Of a stretch of DNA of 64,000 nucleotides, positions 37,201 to 47,032 are shown in pieces. The notes beneath the pieces are model-generated. The model saw only the letters and a list, made by a program, of their open reading frames with translations, searched no databases and had not been told where the DNA came from. Source of the DNA: a virus; IMG/VR virus record IMGVR_UViG_3300008448_000012, positions 50,471 through 114,470 of that record; one strand, given 5' to 3'. Positions within the stretch are counted from its first letter, which is position 1. The number at the start of each line of letters is the position of its first letter. Both the position numbers and the translations under genes were made by a program.

Positions 37201-37576
37201 TTCTGTAAAGTTTTTCTTCTATAAATAATAACAAATAAACGTCAGATAGGGTTGCTTTTTGGTTTGGACCAGGGATGTAGAACTCAAGAATTGCATCCAA
37301 CCAATCATCACTAATATCCATAAGTGACATATACTTTTGATCATAGTTATTCCACCTATAGTAATATTGTCTGATGATTGAGAATGGATGGTCTTCCAAA
37401 TACAAACAATGGTTAAACACTGTATTAGGTTTATCCCATCCCCATCTTGAATAGTCCAAGCCCCCATCCACCATGGCATTTTTACAACTACAGTATTTAA
37501 AATCGTGTCTATGGTAACTTTGAATAGTCTCACCACATAGACTACAATATACTGAATTATAAATTAATGTTTTCAT
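37184..37576 (-). CDS. Zn-finger phage protein (CxxC..HRHDF.xCxC..VDGG family)
   Basis: CSLCGETIQSYHRHDFKYCSCKNAMVDGG. Confidence 0.65.
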   Translation of the reverse strand: MKTLIYNSVYCSLCGETIQSYHRHDFKYCSCKNAMVDGGLDYSRWGWDKPNTVFNHCLYLEDHPFSIIRQYYYRWNNYDQKYMSLMDISDDWLDAILEFYIPGPNQKATLSDVYLLLFIEEKLYRSEQED

Positions 37577-38132
37577 AAATCTTATTAATCTTGTTCCTGA
37601 ATTCTGTTAACGATAAATCATTTTTCATTCTGTTACAATATTTACAACAAGGTACACAATTATTAGAAACATAACCAATTGTATTTTCTAGTCTATCTAT
37701 ACCATTATAATAAATTGACTTATTGCTTCTTTGAAAAAAGTTAGAAGAGGACTCATGACAATAGTAACATTTATCTTTTATTAAAACTTCAAACTCTTCC
37801 AAAGAAATAGAAAATTCGATATTTCTACGTTTTGCAGAAGATTTATATTTAATATAAATACTATTTACTAAAATATCAATTTTCTCTTTTTCTGATTTAT
37901 TGCTATGAAATTTTTTAACAGATAATGATCTATTACAACCACAACTTGTAGTGGCACCAGAACTTAAATTATAAGAAACAACAACACATTCATTTCCACA
38001 ATCACACAAACATTTCCAAAAAGTTCTACTATTACTTTTATTTTTAGTAGAATATTTTTTGACATGGTCTAGTTCTAAAACTAAAAGTTTTCCATATCTG
38101 GTATTTGTTTTATCATGAATATTTTTATGCAT
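37557..38132 (-). CDS. HNH-type homing endonuclease
   Basis: RYGKLLVL..WKCLCDCG..TTSCGC and GIDRLENTIGY..NCVPCC..CN..K; AT-rich. Confidence 0.8.
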   Translation of the reverse strand: MHKNIHDKTNTRYGKLLVLELDHVKKYSTKNKSNSRTFWKCLCDCGNECVVVSYNLSSGATTSCGCNRSLSVKKFHSNKSEKEKIDILVNSIYIKYKSSAKRRNIEFSISLEEFEVLIKDKCYYCHESSSNFFQRSNKSIYYNGIDRLENTIGYVSNNCVPCCKYCNRMKNDLSLTEFRNKINKIYENINL

Positions 38133-38155
38133 TGTTGTTTCTTATTTAATTTAAT

Positions 38156-38287
38156 CTACAAACTTGCCAACCATTGCTTGGCAGCTTTGATTGTTGTAAA
38201 GTTACGGCTCATACGTATACCATCTACGTATTTCCTAACCCTGTAAGTACCGTTGATTGTCTTGTAGATGTTGTTCATCTTTTTCAT
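38156..38287 (-). CDS. 43-aa AP2/integrase-arm-like DNA-binding mini-protein (not in track)
   Basis: MKKMNNIYKTINGTYRVRKYVDGIRMSRNFTTIKAAKQWLASL. Confidence 0.55.
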   Translation of the reverse strand: MKKMNNIYKTINGTYRVRKYVDGIRMSRNFTTIKAAKQWLASL

Positions 38288-38289
38288 AA

Positions 38290-38706
38290 CTATTGGTTTA
38301 AATAAATGACAATTCCAAGAGAGACTCCTTTTGTTGCTGTTACAACAGATTTAGGAATCTTACCAAGAAACCTATCTTGATGACTTGTAGTTCCTGTATA
38401 GTCATATGGAAGATTTCTTGTCAAATTATAACCTGCATCAAATAACGCATACCTGAGACAGGTGAATGTAATTACATAATTCCATCCATCTTTTCTATCA
38501 ATATGCGTAACCAAAGGTACAATTAATAATGTTCCTATGGATGCAGCTTTAAAACTTTTTGATTCAAGCTTTTTCCCTTCGTCATATAGCCCATCACCCA
38601 CAGCATTCAAGACAATGGATGTAGTGAACAATCCCACTCTCACCCATTTGTCTTGAGATTTTGCTGTAAGCGATGCGACAATTAACAAAAGGAACAGGTA
38701 TTTCAT
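38290..38706 (-). CDS. Secreted/membrane protein
   Basis: Signal peptide ending AKS-Q plus further hydrophobic segments. Confidence 0.6.
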   Translation of the reverse strand: MKYLFLLLIVASLTAKSQDKWVRVGLFTTSIVLNAVGDGLYDEGKKLESKSFKAASIGTLLIVPLVTHIDRKDGWNYVITFTCLRYALFDAGYNLTRNLPYDYTGTTSHQDRFLGKIPKSVVTATKGVSLGIVIYLNQ

Positions 38707-39140
38707 TTCAAACCAGTTGATCCGAATCCTCCAGATCCCCTATTTGATTCTTCAAGAGAGTCAACTTCCTTAAATTCAACATCCAACACTTTTTCAAAAT
38801 AGATTTGACCAACCCTATCTCCTGTACCATAAGGAAGACTGTTTTCTATCAACTCTCCTTCAAGAGGTGTAAGAATCATCATCCATTCTCCCCTATAGTC
38901 ACTATCAATAACTCCCACACTATTGTTCATAACCCATCTATGTTTGGTCAGATTGCTTCTTGGTACAATGATTCCTTTGTAACCAACAGGGATTTCTGTA
39001 GCAAATCCCAGACCATAGACAGCTTTACCATCCTTAAATGTAATAGAGCTACAATAAACATCGTAACATGCTGCATGTTCACTACCTTTTACAGGCAGTT
39101 TTGCATCCTTTGTAAGTCGTTTAAATTTCACTGTTAACAT
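38703..39140 (-). CDS. dut: dUTPase (trimeric type)
   Basis: AACYD, PRS, GVIDSDYRGE and RGSGGFGSTG. Confidence 0.95.
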   Translation of the reverse strand: MLTVKFKRLTKDAKLPVKGSEHAACYDVYCSSITFKDGKAVYGLGFATEIPVGYKGIIVPRSNLTKHRWVMNNSVGVIDSDYRGEWMMILTPLEGELIENSLPYGTGDRVGQIYFEKVLDVEFKEVDSLEESNRGSGGFGSTGLK

Positions 39141-40149
39141 CTTGTTCGGTTTTAATTTCTACTTCGTTAATCTTACTCTTGATTTTCTCACGAATATCAT
39201 TGTAAAACTCTTCATTATCTAACAGCATTGATGAGAATTGCTCAAGATCATACTTTGTTTCTCCAAAAGTAATGGTTTTTCCCCATTTCTTGAAGATTTC
39301 ATACTCACTTCCCAGTTCCATCATCTCTTTCAGCTTGTCAATACCCACACCATACACAATCTCAAACTGGCTCAGCCTATAGGGAGGAGACATTTTGTTC
39401 TTGATAGCCTTCACCTTGGTGATATTACCGTAGTTTACATCACCTTCTTTAGCCAAAGATTTGCTCACCTCTATACGAACATCTGAATAATACTTCAGAG
39501 CATGACCACCCTGTGTAGTTGTAGGATTACCAAACATCACACCTATCTTCTCACGATATTGACTGATAACAATAACACAAACATTGTGTTCAGCAAGAGC
39601 AGATTTCATCTTTGGATAGGCAGAACTGTTCAGAACAGCTTTCTTACCGATAGCACTATCCCCCACCTCACCATCTAACACCTTCTTGGGAATAAGAGAT
39701 GAATCTGAATCTATAATAACAAGATCCACACCACCACTATTAATCATTTCCATAGCAATGTTAAAACCTTCCTCACCACAACTGGGCTGAGCAATCAACA
39801 TCTTATTTGTATCTACACCAAGAGCCTCGAAATACTTCTTGTCAACAGCATGTTCACCATCTATATACAATACAACACCACCCTTCTTCTGACATTCTGC
39901 TACAGCATGACCACAAATTGTTGATTTACCTGAACCTTCCCATCCCATCAATTCATACATCTTTCCCTTTACAAATCCTCCTGTTCCCAATGTCACATAA
40001 TCAAACCCTACAGATCCTGTACTGATTACATCATATTCCCCATCTGACTTACTGCTTAATGTAAGAATTGTTCCTACACCGTATGTCTTATTTAATTTCT
40101 CCAGCGTTTCCTGGAACTTGTCCCCTGTTGATTCTTTTGCTTTTGCCAT
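39121..40149 (-). CDS. recA: RecA recombinase
   Basis: GWEGSGKST, YIDGEHA, IIDS, GVMFGNPTTTQGGHALKYYSDVR and KNK. Confidence 0.95.
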   Translation of the reverse strand: MAKAKESTGDKFQETLEKLNKTYGVGTILTLSSKSDGEYDVISTGSVGFDYVTLGTGGFVKGKMYELMGWEGSGKSTICGHAVAECQKKGGVVLYIDGEHAVDKKYFEALGVDTNKMLIAQPSCGEEGFNIAMEMINSGGVDLVIIDSDSSLIPKKVLDGEVGDSAIGKKAVLNSSAYPKMKSALAEHNVCVIVISQYREKIGVMFGNPTTTQGGHALKYYSDVRIEVSKSLAKEGDVNYGNITKVKAIKNKMSPPYRLSQFEIVYGVGIDKLKEMMELGSEYEIFKKWGKTITFGETKYDLEQFSSMLLDNEEFYNDIREKIKSKINEVEIKTEQDVNSEI

Positions 40150-40160
40150 AATTTTTTTAT

Positions 40161-40192
40161 CAAATATACAAAATATTGTTTAAAAGGCCAAA
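40161..40192 (-). promoter_or_regulatory. Bacteroidota promoter for recA
   Basis: Minus strand TTTG-N20-TATATTTG. Confidence 0.75.
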
Positions 40193-40193
40193 T

Positions 40194-40224
40194 AAAAAAA
40201 GCCCAGGGGTAGAAACCCCCAGGC
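40194..40224 (-). terminator. Intrinsic terminator
   Basis: GCCTGGGGGT-TTCT-ACCCCTGGGC followed by T7 on the minus strand. Confidence 0.65.
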
Positions 40225-40244
40225 GTAAAATCGAAAACACAATA

Positions 40245-40412
40245 CTATTGAAGTTTCTTATTTCCTTTCTTGACAGGCTTTGTAAATGGACAATGTCTGC
40301 AAGAATTTCCACAACAATGGTTTCTATCTTTTAAATATTTTTCAGTAAAGATAATTTTACCATTTTCTAAATAAAAATGAATATTTTCAATAAATTCTTT
40401 TTTATCTTGCAT
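40245..40412 (-). CDS. DUF5522-like Cys-rich protein (55 aa, not in track)
   Basis: FYLENGKIIFTEKYLKDRNHCCGNSCRHCPF. Confidence 0.75.
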   Translation of the reverse strand: MQDKKEFIENIHFYLENGKIIFTEKYLKDRNHCCGNSCRHCPFTKPVKKGNKKLQ

Positions 40413-40956
40413 GATTCAAGTATATCATTGTACATAAATTTACAAATTCTTCGTGAGACATAGATCCTTTAAATTTATTTAAAGGCTTATAAACCCATTG
40501 AACATTTCCTTCCACATAACCAAAGTTGCTATTTATTCTATCTAAAGATGCATTTAAAGGGGTTCTTGATCCAGTATTTTTGTTCTTTAAAATCAAATCT
40601 ATTCCTGTATAAGGACATTTTTTATTTTGATTAATATAGATTTTCCATAAGTATTCTCCATCTACTTCAAACAATATGTTTCTCTTCAAGGCATTTTCTT
40701 TATAATGATAGATTATACTTCCAGAAAGTTCTGTATTCAAATGTCCTTTCCATTGACCGTTCAAAATCCCTTTATTTTTTTGACATCCACATGATTTAGT
40801 TTTTCCACGTTTAACATCTTGTAATGCAGAAATATGTTCATTTTTACATAGTAAACATATAAACTTCCAATAAGTTACCTTATTTATTCTATGTGAATGT
40901 TCTACAGCTTGAAGATTATTATAAATATCTCCTTTTTTGGTAATAGTTTTTGGCAT
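40402..40956 (-). CDS. HNH-type homing endonuclease
   Basis: WKFICLLC..TKSCGC, QNKKCPYTG and ASLDRINSNFGYVEGNVQWV..N..K. Confidence 0.8.
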   Translation of the reverse strand: MPKTITKKGDIYNNLQAVEHSHRINKVTYWKFICLLCKNEHISALQDVKRGKTKSCGCQKNKGILNGQWKGHLNTELSGSIIYHYKENALKRNILFEVDGEYLWKIYINQNKKCPYTGIDLILKNKNTGSRTPLNASLDRINSNFGYVEGNVQWVYKPLNKFKGSMSHEEFVNLCTMIYLNHAR

Positions 40957-41013
40957 ATGAGGATTTTGTTTATACAAACGTACAACAAAATCCTCACATT
41001 ACCAAATTTATTT

Positions 41014-42882
41014 TTAGATATAAACCTCACATGCTCCTCCTCCACAAGCCTGAATAGAAGAGAAGTCAACTGTATCATCAAGCTCAACAACTTTTGTGAG
41101 GTCTACAGACTTGAGACTTTCAATTCTCTTTTCATATTCCTCTTTAGTGATGTCCTCAAAAGGTGCTTGTTTATAGGTGCCTCCAAAGAATGGCAATACA
41201 CTCAAACCATTGTATACATCCCTATTGTTCCACATCCATTCTCCCACTTCTTTCCACCCATCTTCAAGAATAGAAATTGTAGCACTTACGTTATGTGTAT
41301 TATCACCATTAATATGTCCTGGCTTAATCCATTCTTGAGAAAACTTCTTAACACGCTCAAGTGTATCAATAGCTGTCTCTGTACGGAAAATAGATCCTTC
41401 AGGAGCTTTAACAGGAATTCTTACACATACAGTGTCTGTTGGTCTGAGTACATCATCTTCACAAAGCTCTGGATGATTAACCATCAAATAGGCAGCAAGG
41501 TCTTCATTCTTGTTGAACCTCATTGTTCTCAGATAGTAATCATTATGCCATGCATGAATACCACTAGCTGTACCCAACACCAATGATGTTGTACCACTTG
41601 GTTTGATACATGTAATCCTAGCTGCTTCATTGGTTCCAATCAAGCCACTAATCATCCTGTTCATTGTTTTGGCAACATCAGCAGCAATATCCAAATTGTA
41701 TTTGAGGATTTCACCAGATCCAATACCTGTCATACCTATACCAAGAAGAGCATCCTTTTGTGTTGTCCTAGCCCAAATTGGTCTGAGATAATGAAAGTCT
41801 GTAAATCCTGCCTGAAGAGTTCCAAAGAATGCTGCAACACCTACACGATTGTTCAAATCTTCTTGGTCAGTTACATCACTTACATTCACCTCACACAGGT
41901 TACAGAATTGATAGGGTCTCAAACCAATTTCACAACAAGGATTGGTTCCCCAATCTTTATTGTTGGTCCAATAGATACCAGGTTCACCAGATCCACTTGC
42001 TTCAATCCTCTTCCAAAGATCAAAGAATTCTTGTTCACCAACTTGTCCTCTCTCAAGAACAGCACTATTGTTAGCCCTACCACGTTGCTCATTCAGTTCC
42101 CACCAATTACCATACTTACATGTAATCATTTCCTCATCATCATGACTGAACAGAGCAATCATAGCAGATCTACGGATACCACCAGCAAGTACACTATTGG
42201 CAATATGACAAAGCATATCATGACATTCCAATGGTGAAAGCTTTTCCCCTTCTTGTTTCCTATCAAGAACTGCTTGAATATGTGCCAAACAAATCTTAAG
42301 AGGCTCAGCACCAGGAGCTTTACCACCTGCTGTAACAAGCCTTGCACCCTTCTCACGAATAGCACGGAAATCAAATTCAGGCATAAACTTACCTTCCAAA
42401 TAGGCTTTGAACAACACCTTAACAGCATCAGCCCAGCCCATAATAGAATCTTCTATCAGGTAGTGCCTCTTCTTTCCTGGTTTTGTAATAGCAGGAAGTT
42501 GGTCTACGTGATGTTTCTGTACAGAATATCCTACACCTGATCCTCCAAGAAGAAGAAACATTGTCTCTGGGAATGCATAAATTGTGTCAACAGGATGATA
42601 TGCACAGTTATAACCCCTTGCATTGTTAACCTCCATAGCTGGACCAGCAAATTGCAGAGCTCTCATGGAAGGAAGCACCTTTTTATCCCTAATCATCTTG
42701 GCACTTTCAACAATAGCATCTTGTAGTTTGGGATATTTCTTAATCATCATTGTCTGATAGCGATCAACAATTTCATCCCATGTCTCTCTTCGTTTGAGTT
42801 CAGGAACGTACTTACTGTACTTCGAGAACACAGTGATTTTGGATAGAGAATCCAATCCTAGATCTTTTTTTGTTTCCATCAT
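41014..42882 (-). CDS. nrdJ: Class II (AdoCbl-dependent) ribonucleotide reductase
   Basis: PSMRALQFAG, NCAY, GGIRRSA, TNPCCEI, TCIKPSGT and C-terminal ACGGGACEV; no beta subunit nearby. Confidence 0.9.
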   Translation of the reverse strand: MMETKKDLGLDSLSKITVFSKYSKYVPELKRRETWDEIVDRYQTMMIKKYPKLQDAIVESAKMIRDKKVLPSMRALQFAGPAMEVNNARGYNCAYHPVDTIYAFPETMFLLLGGSGVGYSVQKHHVDQLPAITKPGKKRHYLIEDSIMGWADAVKVLFKAYLEGKFMPEFDFRAIREKGARLVTAGGKAPGAEPLKICLAHIQAVLDRKQEGEKLSPLECHDMLCHIANSVLAGGIRRSAMIALFSHDDEEMITCKYGNWWELNEQRGRANNSAVLERGQVGEQEFFDLWKRIEASGSGEPGIYWTNNKDWGTNPCCEIGLRPYQFCNLCEVNVSDVTDQEDLNNRVGVAAFFGTLQAGFTDFHYLRPIWARTTQKDALLGIGMTGIGSGEILKYNLDIAADVAKTMNRMISGLIGTNEAARITCIKPSGTTSLVLGTASGIHAWHNDYYLRTMRFNKNEDLAAYLMVNHPELCEDDVLRPTDTVCVRIPVKAPEGSIFRTETAIDTLERVKKFSQEWIKPGHINGDNTHNVSATISILEDGWKEVGEWMWNNRDVYNGLSVLPFFGGTYKQAPFEDITKEEYEKRIESLKSVDLTKVVELDDTVDFSSIQACGGGACEVYI

Positions 42883-43397
42883 TTTGTTAGATATTTTATA
42901 GCGTTTGTTAAATAATTTACATTATCATCAAATTGTCCTAATCCTTTATTACATTTTCCACAAAGAATACCTCTTACTTTACCAGTTGTATGACAATGAT
43001 CTATATGTATTTCATTATCTAAATTTTTATTACATATAGCACAATTACCATTCTGATTATCAATCAATTGTATAAACTCAAGTTTAGTTATTCCGTATTG
43101 TTTATATCTATGTACTTCTTTATGATAAGTTTGTGATTTTATTTTAGAACAAGATTTACAACATGAATGACAGTGTCCAGACGCATACTTAAAAAATTCA
43201 TCTAGAGACTTTTCAACATTACAAGATGAACACATTTTAGAATCTCCTCTATACAAATTACCTATTCCACCTAGTTGAATAGAATTTGAACAAGATCTGC
43301 AAGGTTTATTATGTTTTCTAGCCTTGTAAAAATATTGTTTTGATGAAAATTTTCTTAATTTACCACATATAGGACATGGTAATTTACAATCGCTCAT
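42879..43397 (-). CDS. Endonuclease VII-like HNH homing endonuclease
   Basis: Several CxxC pairs, YGIT..., and CAIC..IHIDHCHTTGKVRGILCGKCNKGLG. Confidence 0.85.
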   Translation of the reverse strand: MSDCKLPCPICGKLRKFSSKQYFYKARKHNKPCRSCSNSIQLGGIGNLYRGDSKMCSSCNVEKSLDEFFKYASGHCHSCCKSCSKIKSQTYHKEVHRYKQYGITKLEFIQLIDNQNGNCAICNKNLDNEIHIDHCHTTGKVRGILCGKCNKGLGQFDDNVNYLTNAIKYLTK

Positions 43398-43422
43398 ATT
43401 AGTATATTTGGAAAATATAAAA

Positions 43423-43461
43423 AGGGATTGCGAAATTAATGCAATCCCTCTTAATAACCAA
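43423..43461 (-). promoter_or_regulatory. Hairpin with an embedded promoter
   Basis: AGGGATTGC/GCAATCCCT stem followed by a T-run on the minus strand; TTG-N20-TAATTTCG with the -7 box in the loop. Confidence 0.55.
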
Positions 43462-43476
43462 GACATTTGAAAAATT

Positions 43477-43728
43477 CTAACTAACCAATCGTCTTATTTT
43501 TTCACCAAGTTCCTGATCATTTGGAGTGGTTTTAACAAGATTGATTATCTCTGCATTTTGTGTCAATATTTTCTCAATGTAGAGAGTCGCATCTTGTAAC
43601 TCTTCCTGAAGATGGAGCAGATAATTGTCGTGATTGTTTTGGTATAGTGTTGTACCATACTTCTTTATCCCAACACTGCTTCTCTGGAGAAACTTGGCAA
43701 TAACTTGATCTACGATTTGGTCTTTCAT
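43477..43728 (-). CDS. MazG-like / all-alpha NTP pyrophosphohydrolase-like protein
   Basis: GIKKYGTTL...HLQEELQDATLY. Confidence 0.5.
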   Translation of the reverse strand: MKDQIVDQVIAKFLQRSSVGIKKYGTTLYQNNHDNYLLHLQEELQDATLYIEKILTQNAEIINLVKTTPNDQELGEKIRRLVS

Positions 43729-43729
43729 T

Positions 43730-44413
43730 TTATTTCGTTTTAATTACAAATCCGCTATTGTCTTTTTTACCCCTCCCTTTAGCTCTTAGTCCTACAATTA
43801 CACCTTTTTCATCCAGCCATCTGACATCATCAACATCTCCATCTATCACCTTCCTGTTTTTCCACTCCAAAGGAAGAGCATCTTCCTTCTTTGTATCAAA
43901 TACAACAGCAATATTAACATTTTTTGTCAATAATAGCTCAACTTCATCATCATTTGATTCATTTCTACTAAATGTCAAATGATAATTTTCAGGAAGCTCC
44001 TTGTCAAATCTGTTTGCCACCTTTGTATAATCATAGAACCTTATGTCTGGAAACTTTTTTATTATTCCAAAACGTGTCCATTCTATATCTGATGTTCCAT
44101 TTAACCTAACAGTGGGCAAATAACTCAGCTTCTTTGCTTTCTTAACCAAAGAATTAATGTCTTTGTTCAATAGATCCATAAACATGTCTCTTTTCTCAAA
44201 GAACATCTTTGTTCGGTTTATTCTAGCAGTTTGCACTGTAGTGAATGCACCATGTCCAGCTGTATAAAGACAAGCTTTTGTACAGCCATCACTTCTCTTT
44301 GGACAAACTTCCCAACCAGAAATAGATGCAGGAGCAAGATAGAGAATTCCTGTTAGAATTCCCTTCTTCTCTCCTTTTATTGTTTTTGCATTATTCAGTG
44401 TCAGTAAGTGCAT
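43730..44413 (-). CDS. GP88 family protein
   Basis: LYLAPA, VCPKRSDGCTKACL, RLNGTSDI, FYDYTK, NYHLTFS and DGD..D.R..D...IVGLRAKG. Confidence 0.8.
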   Translation of the reverse strand: MHLLTLNNAKTIKGEKKGILTGILYLAPASISGWEVCPKRSDGCTKACLYTAGHGAFTTVQTARINRTKMFFEKRDMFMDLLNKDINSLVKKAKKLSYLPTVRLNGTSDIEWTRFGIIKKFPDIRFYDYTKVANRFDKELPENYHLTFSRNESNDDEVELLLTKNVNIAVVFDTKKEDALPLEWKNRKVIDGDVDDVRWLDEKGVIVGLRAKGRGKKDNSGFVIKTK

Positions 44414-44768
44414 CTTCCAAAACTTTAAATGCATCAATAACAGCTACCTTTTCTGCTTCCCTCCTGGTCTTATACCATTTTACATCTAAGAATTTTACAT
44501 CTCTAGGATATATTTTATAAGAAAAGTCTGTATTTGATACAGAAATTTCAATGAATATACCATTATCATCGAATGCATCAAATAGACCTCTTGGAGCAGC
44601 ATCCAACATTTTAGCAATGTCTTCATTGCTCAGCCCCTTTTCTCTTACATAATCCTTAAAGTTCTCAGGGAGCTCCTCAGTGTTTAGGCTTTCTAGCATT
44701 ACCTCTAGATAATACTTCCTAACTACTTCTGCCGCTTTTGGATACTTGTTTAACACTTCCATTATCAT
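44391..44768 (-). CDS. Hypothetical protein
   Basis: ORF in the operon; TRREAE..A...AF motif. Confidence 0.6.
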   Translation of the reverse strand: MIMEVLNKYPKAAEVVRKYYLEVMLESLNTEELPENFKDYVREKGLSNEDIAKMLDAAPRGLFDAFDDNGIFIEISVSNTDFSYKIYPRDVKFLDVKWYKTRREAEKVAVIDAFKVLEDALTDTE

Positions 44769-44977
44769 AGTTCTTGATTTTTAAGTTTGTCTGCCCTATC
44801 TTTCCACCATGTCCTTTCATAATCATAATCCATATATTGGTCATATGGAATGTTCTTCATTTGCTTGAACTCACGAACAATTATGTCATTCTTCTCTGCT
44901 TCCAGTTGACAGAATATAAGAGCTTGTTCTCTGCCATGTTCTGAAATAATACGCTGTACAAAATCCTCGTTATACAT
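44765..44977 (-). CDS. Hypothetical protein
   Basis: Coupled ORF. Confidence 0.55.
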   Translation of the reverse strand: MYNEDFVQRIISEHGREQALIFCQLEAEKNDIIVREFKQMKNIPYDQYMDYDYERTWWKDRADKLKNQEL

Positions 44978-45521
44978 TTTCTTTGATTTTATCAATGTTT
45001 AAAGTTTCATCTTCCTCTATCCAAGTTTGCCAATATTCCATAGAATCATCAAATTCCACATCAAACTTCTCTTCCCAATATTTTTTCAAATCTTCTGTCT
45101 TATTGAAGACACGATATTGTAAAGATATTTCATCTTTATGTAAACCGTTAAGTTTAATCTTTACAACCTTGGGAAACAATGCTTGAAACTCTGGTGATGT
45201 TTTGGAATATTTACCAAGCTTAATAAGAGTGAAGTCTTTCTTGAACTTTGGATTCATTTGATATACTACAACCACATACCCATCAGGATAGTCATAATCA
45301 TCAATAATGCTCTTTGTTCTTTCATACTCTTCATCTAGAAACTCTTTGAATTTATCCAGATTGGATGGATGAAACAAAAGATATGCAGCATTTTTATACT
45401 GCACATCTTTACCAGCATCTTCAATAAATCCATTAATGAACCCATTTTCCAATAACTTATCCCTGCTTATTCCAAATGTTGGAACAATAAATATGGTTGT
45501 TACAGTTCTTACTACCTCCAT
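44970..45521 (-). CDS. Conserved crAss-like hypothetical protein
   Basis: T..FIVP...FINGF...GKYSK pattern, downstream of the exonuclease. Confidence 0.6.
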   Translation of the reverse strand: MEVVRTVTTIFIVPTFGISRDKLLENGFINGFIEDAGKDVQYKNAAYLLFHPSNLDKFKEFLDEEYERTKSIIDDYDYPDGYVVVVYQMNPKFKKDFTLIKLGKYSKTSPEFQALFPKVVKIKLNGLHKDEISLQYRVFNKTEDLKKYWEEKFDVEFDDSMEYWQTWIEEDETLNIDKIKENV

Positions 45522-46570
45522 CAATTTCCTTTTAGTTTTACCATTCCCTGAGATGTATAATTCTTTCGTGAAATATTCCAAATGTCATTCTCGATAGCCC
45601 ATTTGAGATCCTCTATGATGTCCTTGACACCTGGATATTTCTTTCCCTTGTGCTCAAACCCTTCATACGCTTCCAGTATGTCTTCCATAGACAACTGATA
45701 TATGAGAGGATTATAATAATTCGTACTGTCACAAACAATAAACCGAATAGGAGATATCTCGTAATCACCAAGATCGTTTTCATTTTTAAAAGCTGTAGCT
45801 GCTTTCCAATACAAGAATGCCTGAATATATGCCCTGCGATAGAGATAGTATTCCTCATAGAAATTCTCTACAGCCCAAACACATTTCAAATCATACACCT
45901 GTATGGTTTTATCATTGTGATCAATTACCATCTTGTCCATCATGGATTTGAATTTGATTCCATCAAACTCATATCCTTCTATCTGAACCTGATTGAACAC
46001 TTCCCATCTAGCACTGTTTACAAGATTCACAACATTTGCTGTAACAATATTTGTTCTCATGTTGCTTACAACATTCTCAGCATTTGTTACATCTTCTGTT
46101 GTCACCACTGTAAGATTGTTTGCTTTCACCTTCCTGAGCTCATTGTAATAAATCTCAGCATCAGATCCTACAAACTTGCCTATAACAGCATCAAACTTGA
46201 TTTTGAATCCTGATTCAGCATATGCATCTTTTGCAATGTCTTCAAAAGACCTTGTCACTTCTCCATTCTCATTTGTTGATTCCATTGTATATTTACACAA
46301 TGCATCTACAAATGCCAACATAAGTCCTGTAGGAGCTGTTGCACAAGCAGACATATAAAACCTGTTCTCAAACTCTTCTGGTTCAAGAAGCAATGTTTCT
46401 ACAAGTCTACCTACAACAGAAGCATAAGAATCCTTTTCTTCAACTGACTCTCCAAGAACATATTTACGATGATACTTCTTCCTATCTAAAGAAAATTCCT
46501 TCAAGGAACTTGAGCTATTCAAATTAATAGCTCTGTATGTCGCCTCTGTCTTTTGCTTTCCTTCTATCAT
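45521..46570 (-). CDS. PD-(D/E)xK exonuclease (RecE/ExoVIII-like)
   Basis: SSSSLKEF, KSMMDKMVID...VYDLKC and YIQAFLY. Confidence 0.8.
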   Translation of the reverse strand: MIEGKQKTEATYRAINLNSSSSLKEFSLDRKKYHRKYVLGESVEEKDSYASVVGRLVETLLLEPEEFENRFYMSACATAPTGLMLAFVDALCKYTMESTNENGEVTRSFEDIAKDAYAESGFKIKFDAVIGKFVGSDAEIYYNELRKVKANNLTVVTTEDVTNAENVVSNMRTNIVTANVVNLVNSARWEVFNQVQIEGYEFDGIKFKSMMDKMVIDHNDKTIQVYDLKCVWAVENFYEEYYLYRRAYIQAFLYWKAATAFKNENDLGDYEISPIRFIVCDSTNYYNPLIYQLSMEDILEAYEGFEHKGKKYPGVKDIIEDLKWAIENDIWNISRKNYTSQGMVKLKGN

Positions 46571-46787
46571 CTTGTATTTGTTTAAACATATTAACAATCT
46601 CTGTATACGTAGATCTCACTTCCTTCGGAATAGAACTATTGAACCATCTCACCTCAGGTTCGTAATCAGAGTTTTGAGGTTCAACAAGCCAAAATCTATA
46701 AAACTCATCATCATATTCAACAGAACCTTCATACCAAACTTCTGTAAAAGATGGCTTCCTGTTTAGATTAATACCTAAGGTTTTCAT
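46524..46787 (-). CDS. Hypothetical protein
   Basis: ORF in the operon. Confidence 0.55.
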   Translation of the reverse strand: MKTLGINLNRKPSFTEVWYEGSVEYDDEFYRFWLVEPQNSDYEPEVRWFNSSIPKEVRSTYTEIVNMFKQIQDDRRKAKDRGDIQSY

Positions 46788-47032
46788 TAGTAGGAGATTT
46801 CGTTAGGATCCCATTTGAAACTGATGAGTCGATAATCCTTATCGCTTCCAAACTTACTCTTCATTGGTTTGGAAATTTGCAATTGCTTGCTCATCAATTC
46901 ATCAGCAGTTAGAATCATAACTTCTCCATCATAACTAATCCTAAGTGCATGTCCTTTTTCAATACACTCTTTAACAGTGTAATCACGCACATCTACCATT
47001 CCTCTGAATAGCTTGTTAACTTTTACTTCCAT
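46787..47032 (-). CDS. Hypothetical protein
   Basis: VDVRDY pattern; coupled ORF. Confidence 0.6.
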   Translation of the reverse strand: MEVKVNKLFRGMVDVRDYTVKECIEKGHALRISYDGEVMILTADELMSKQLQISKPMKSKFGSDKDYRLISFKWDPNEISY

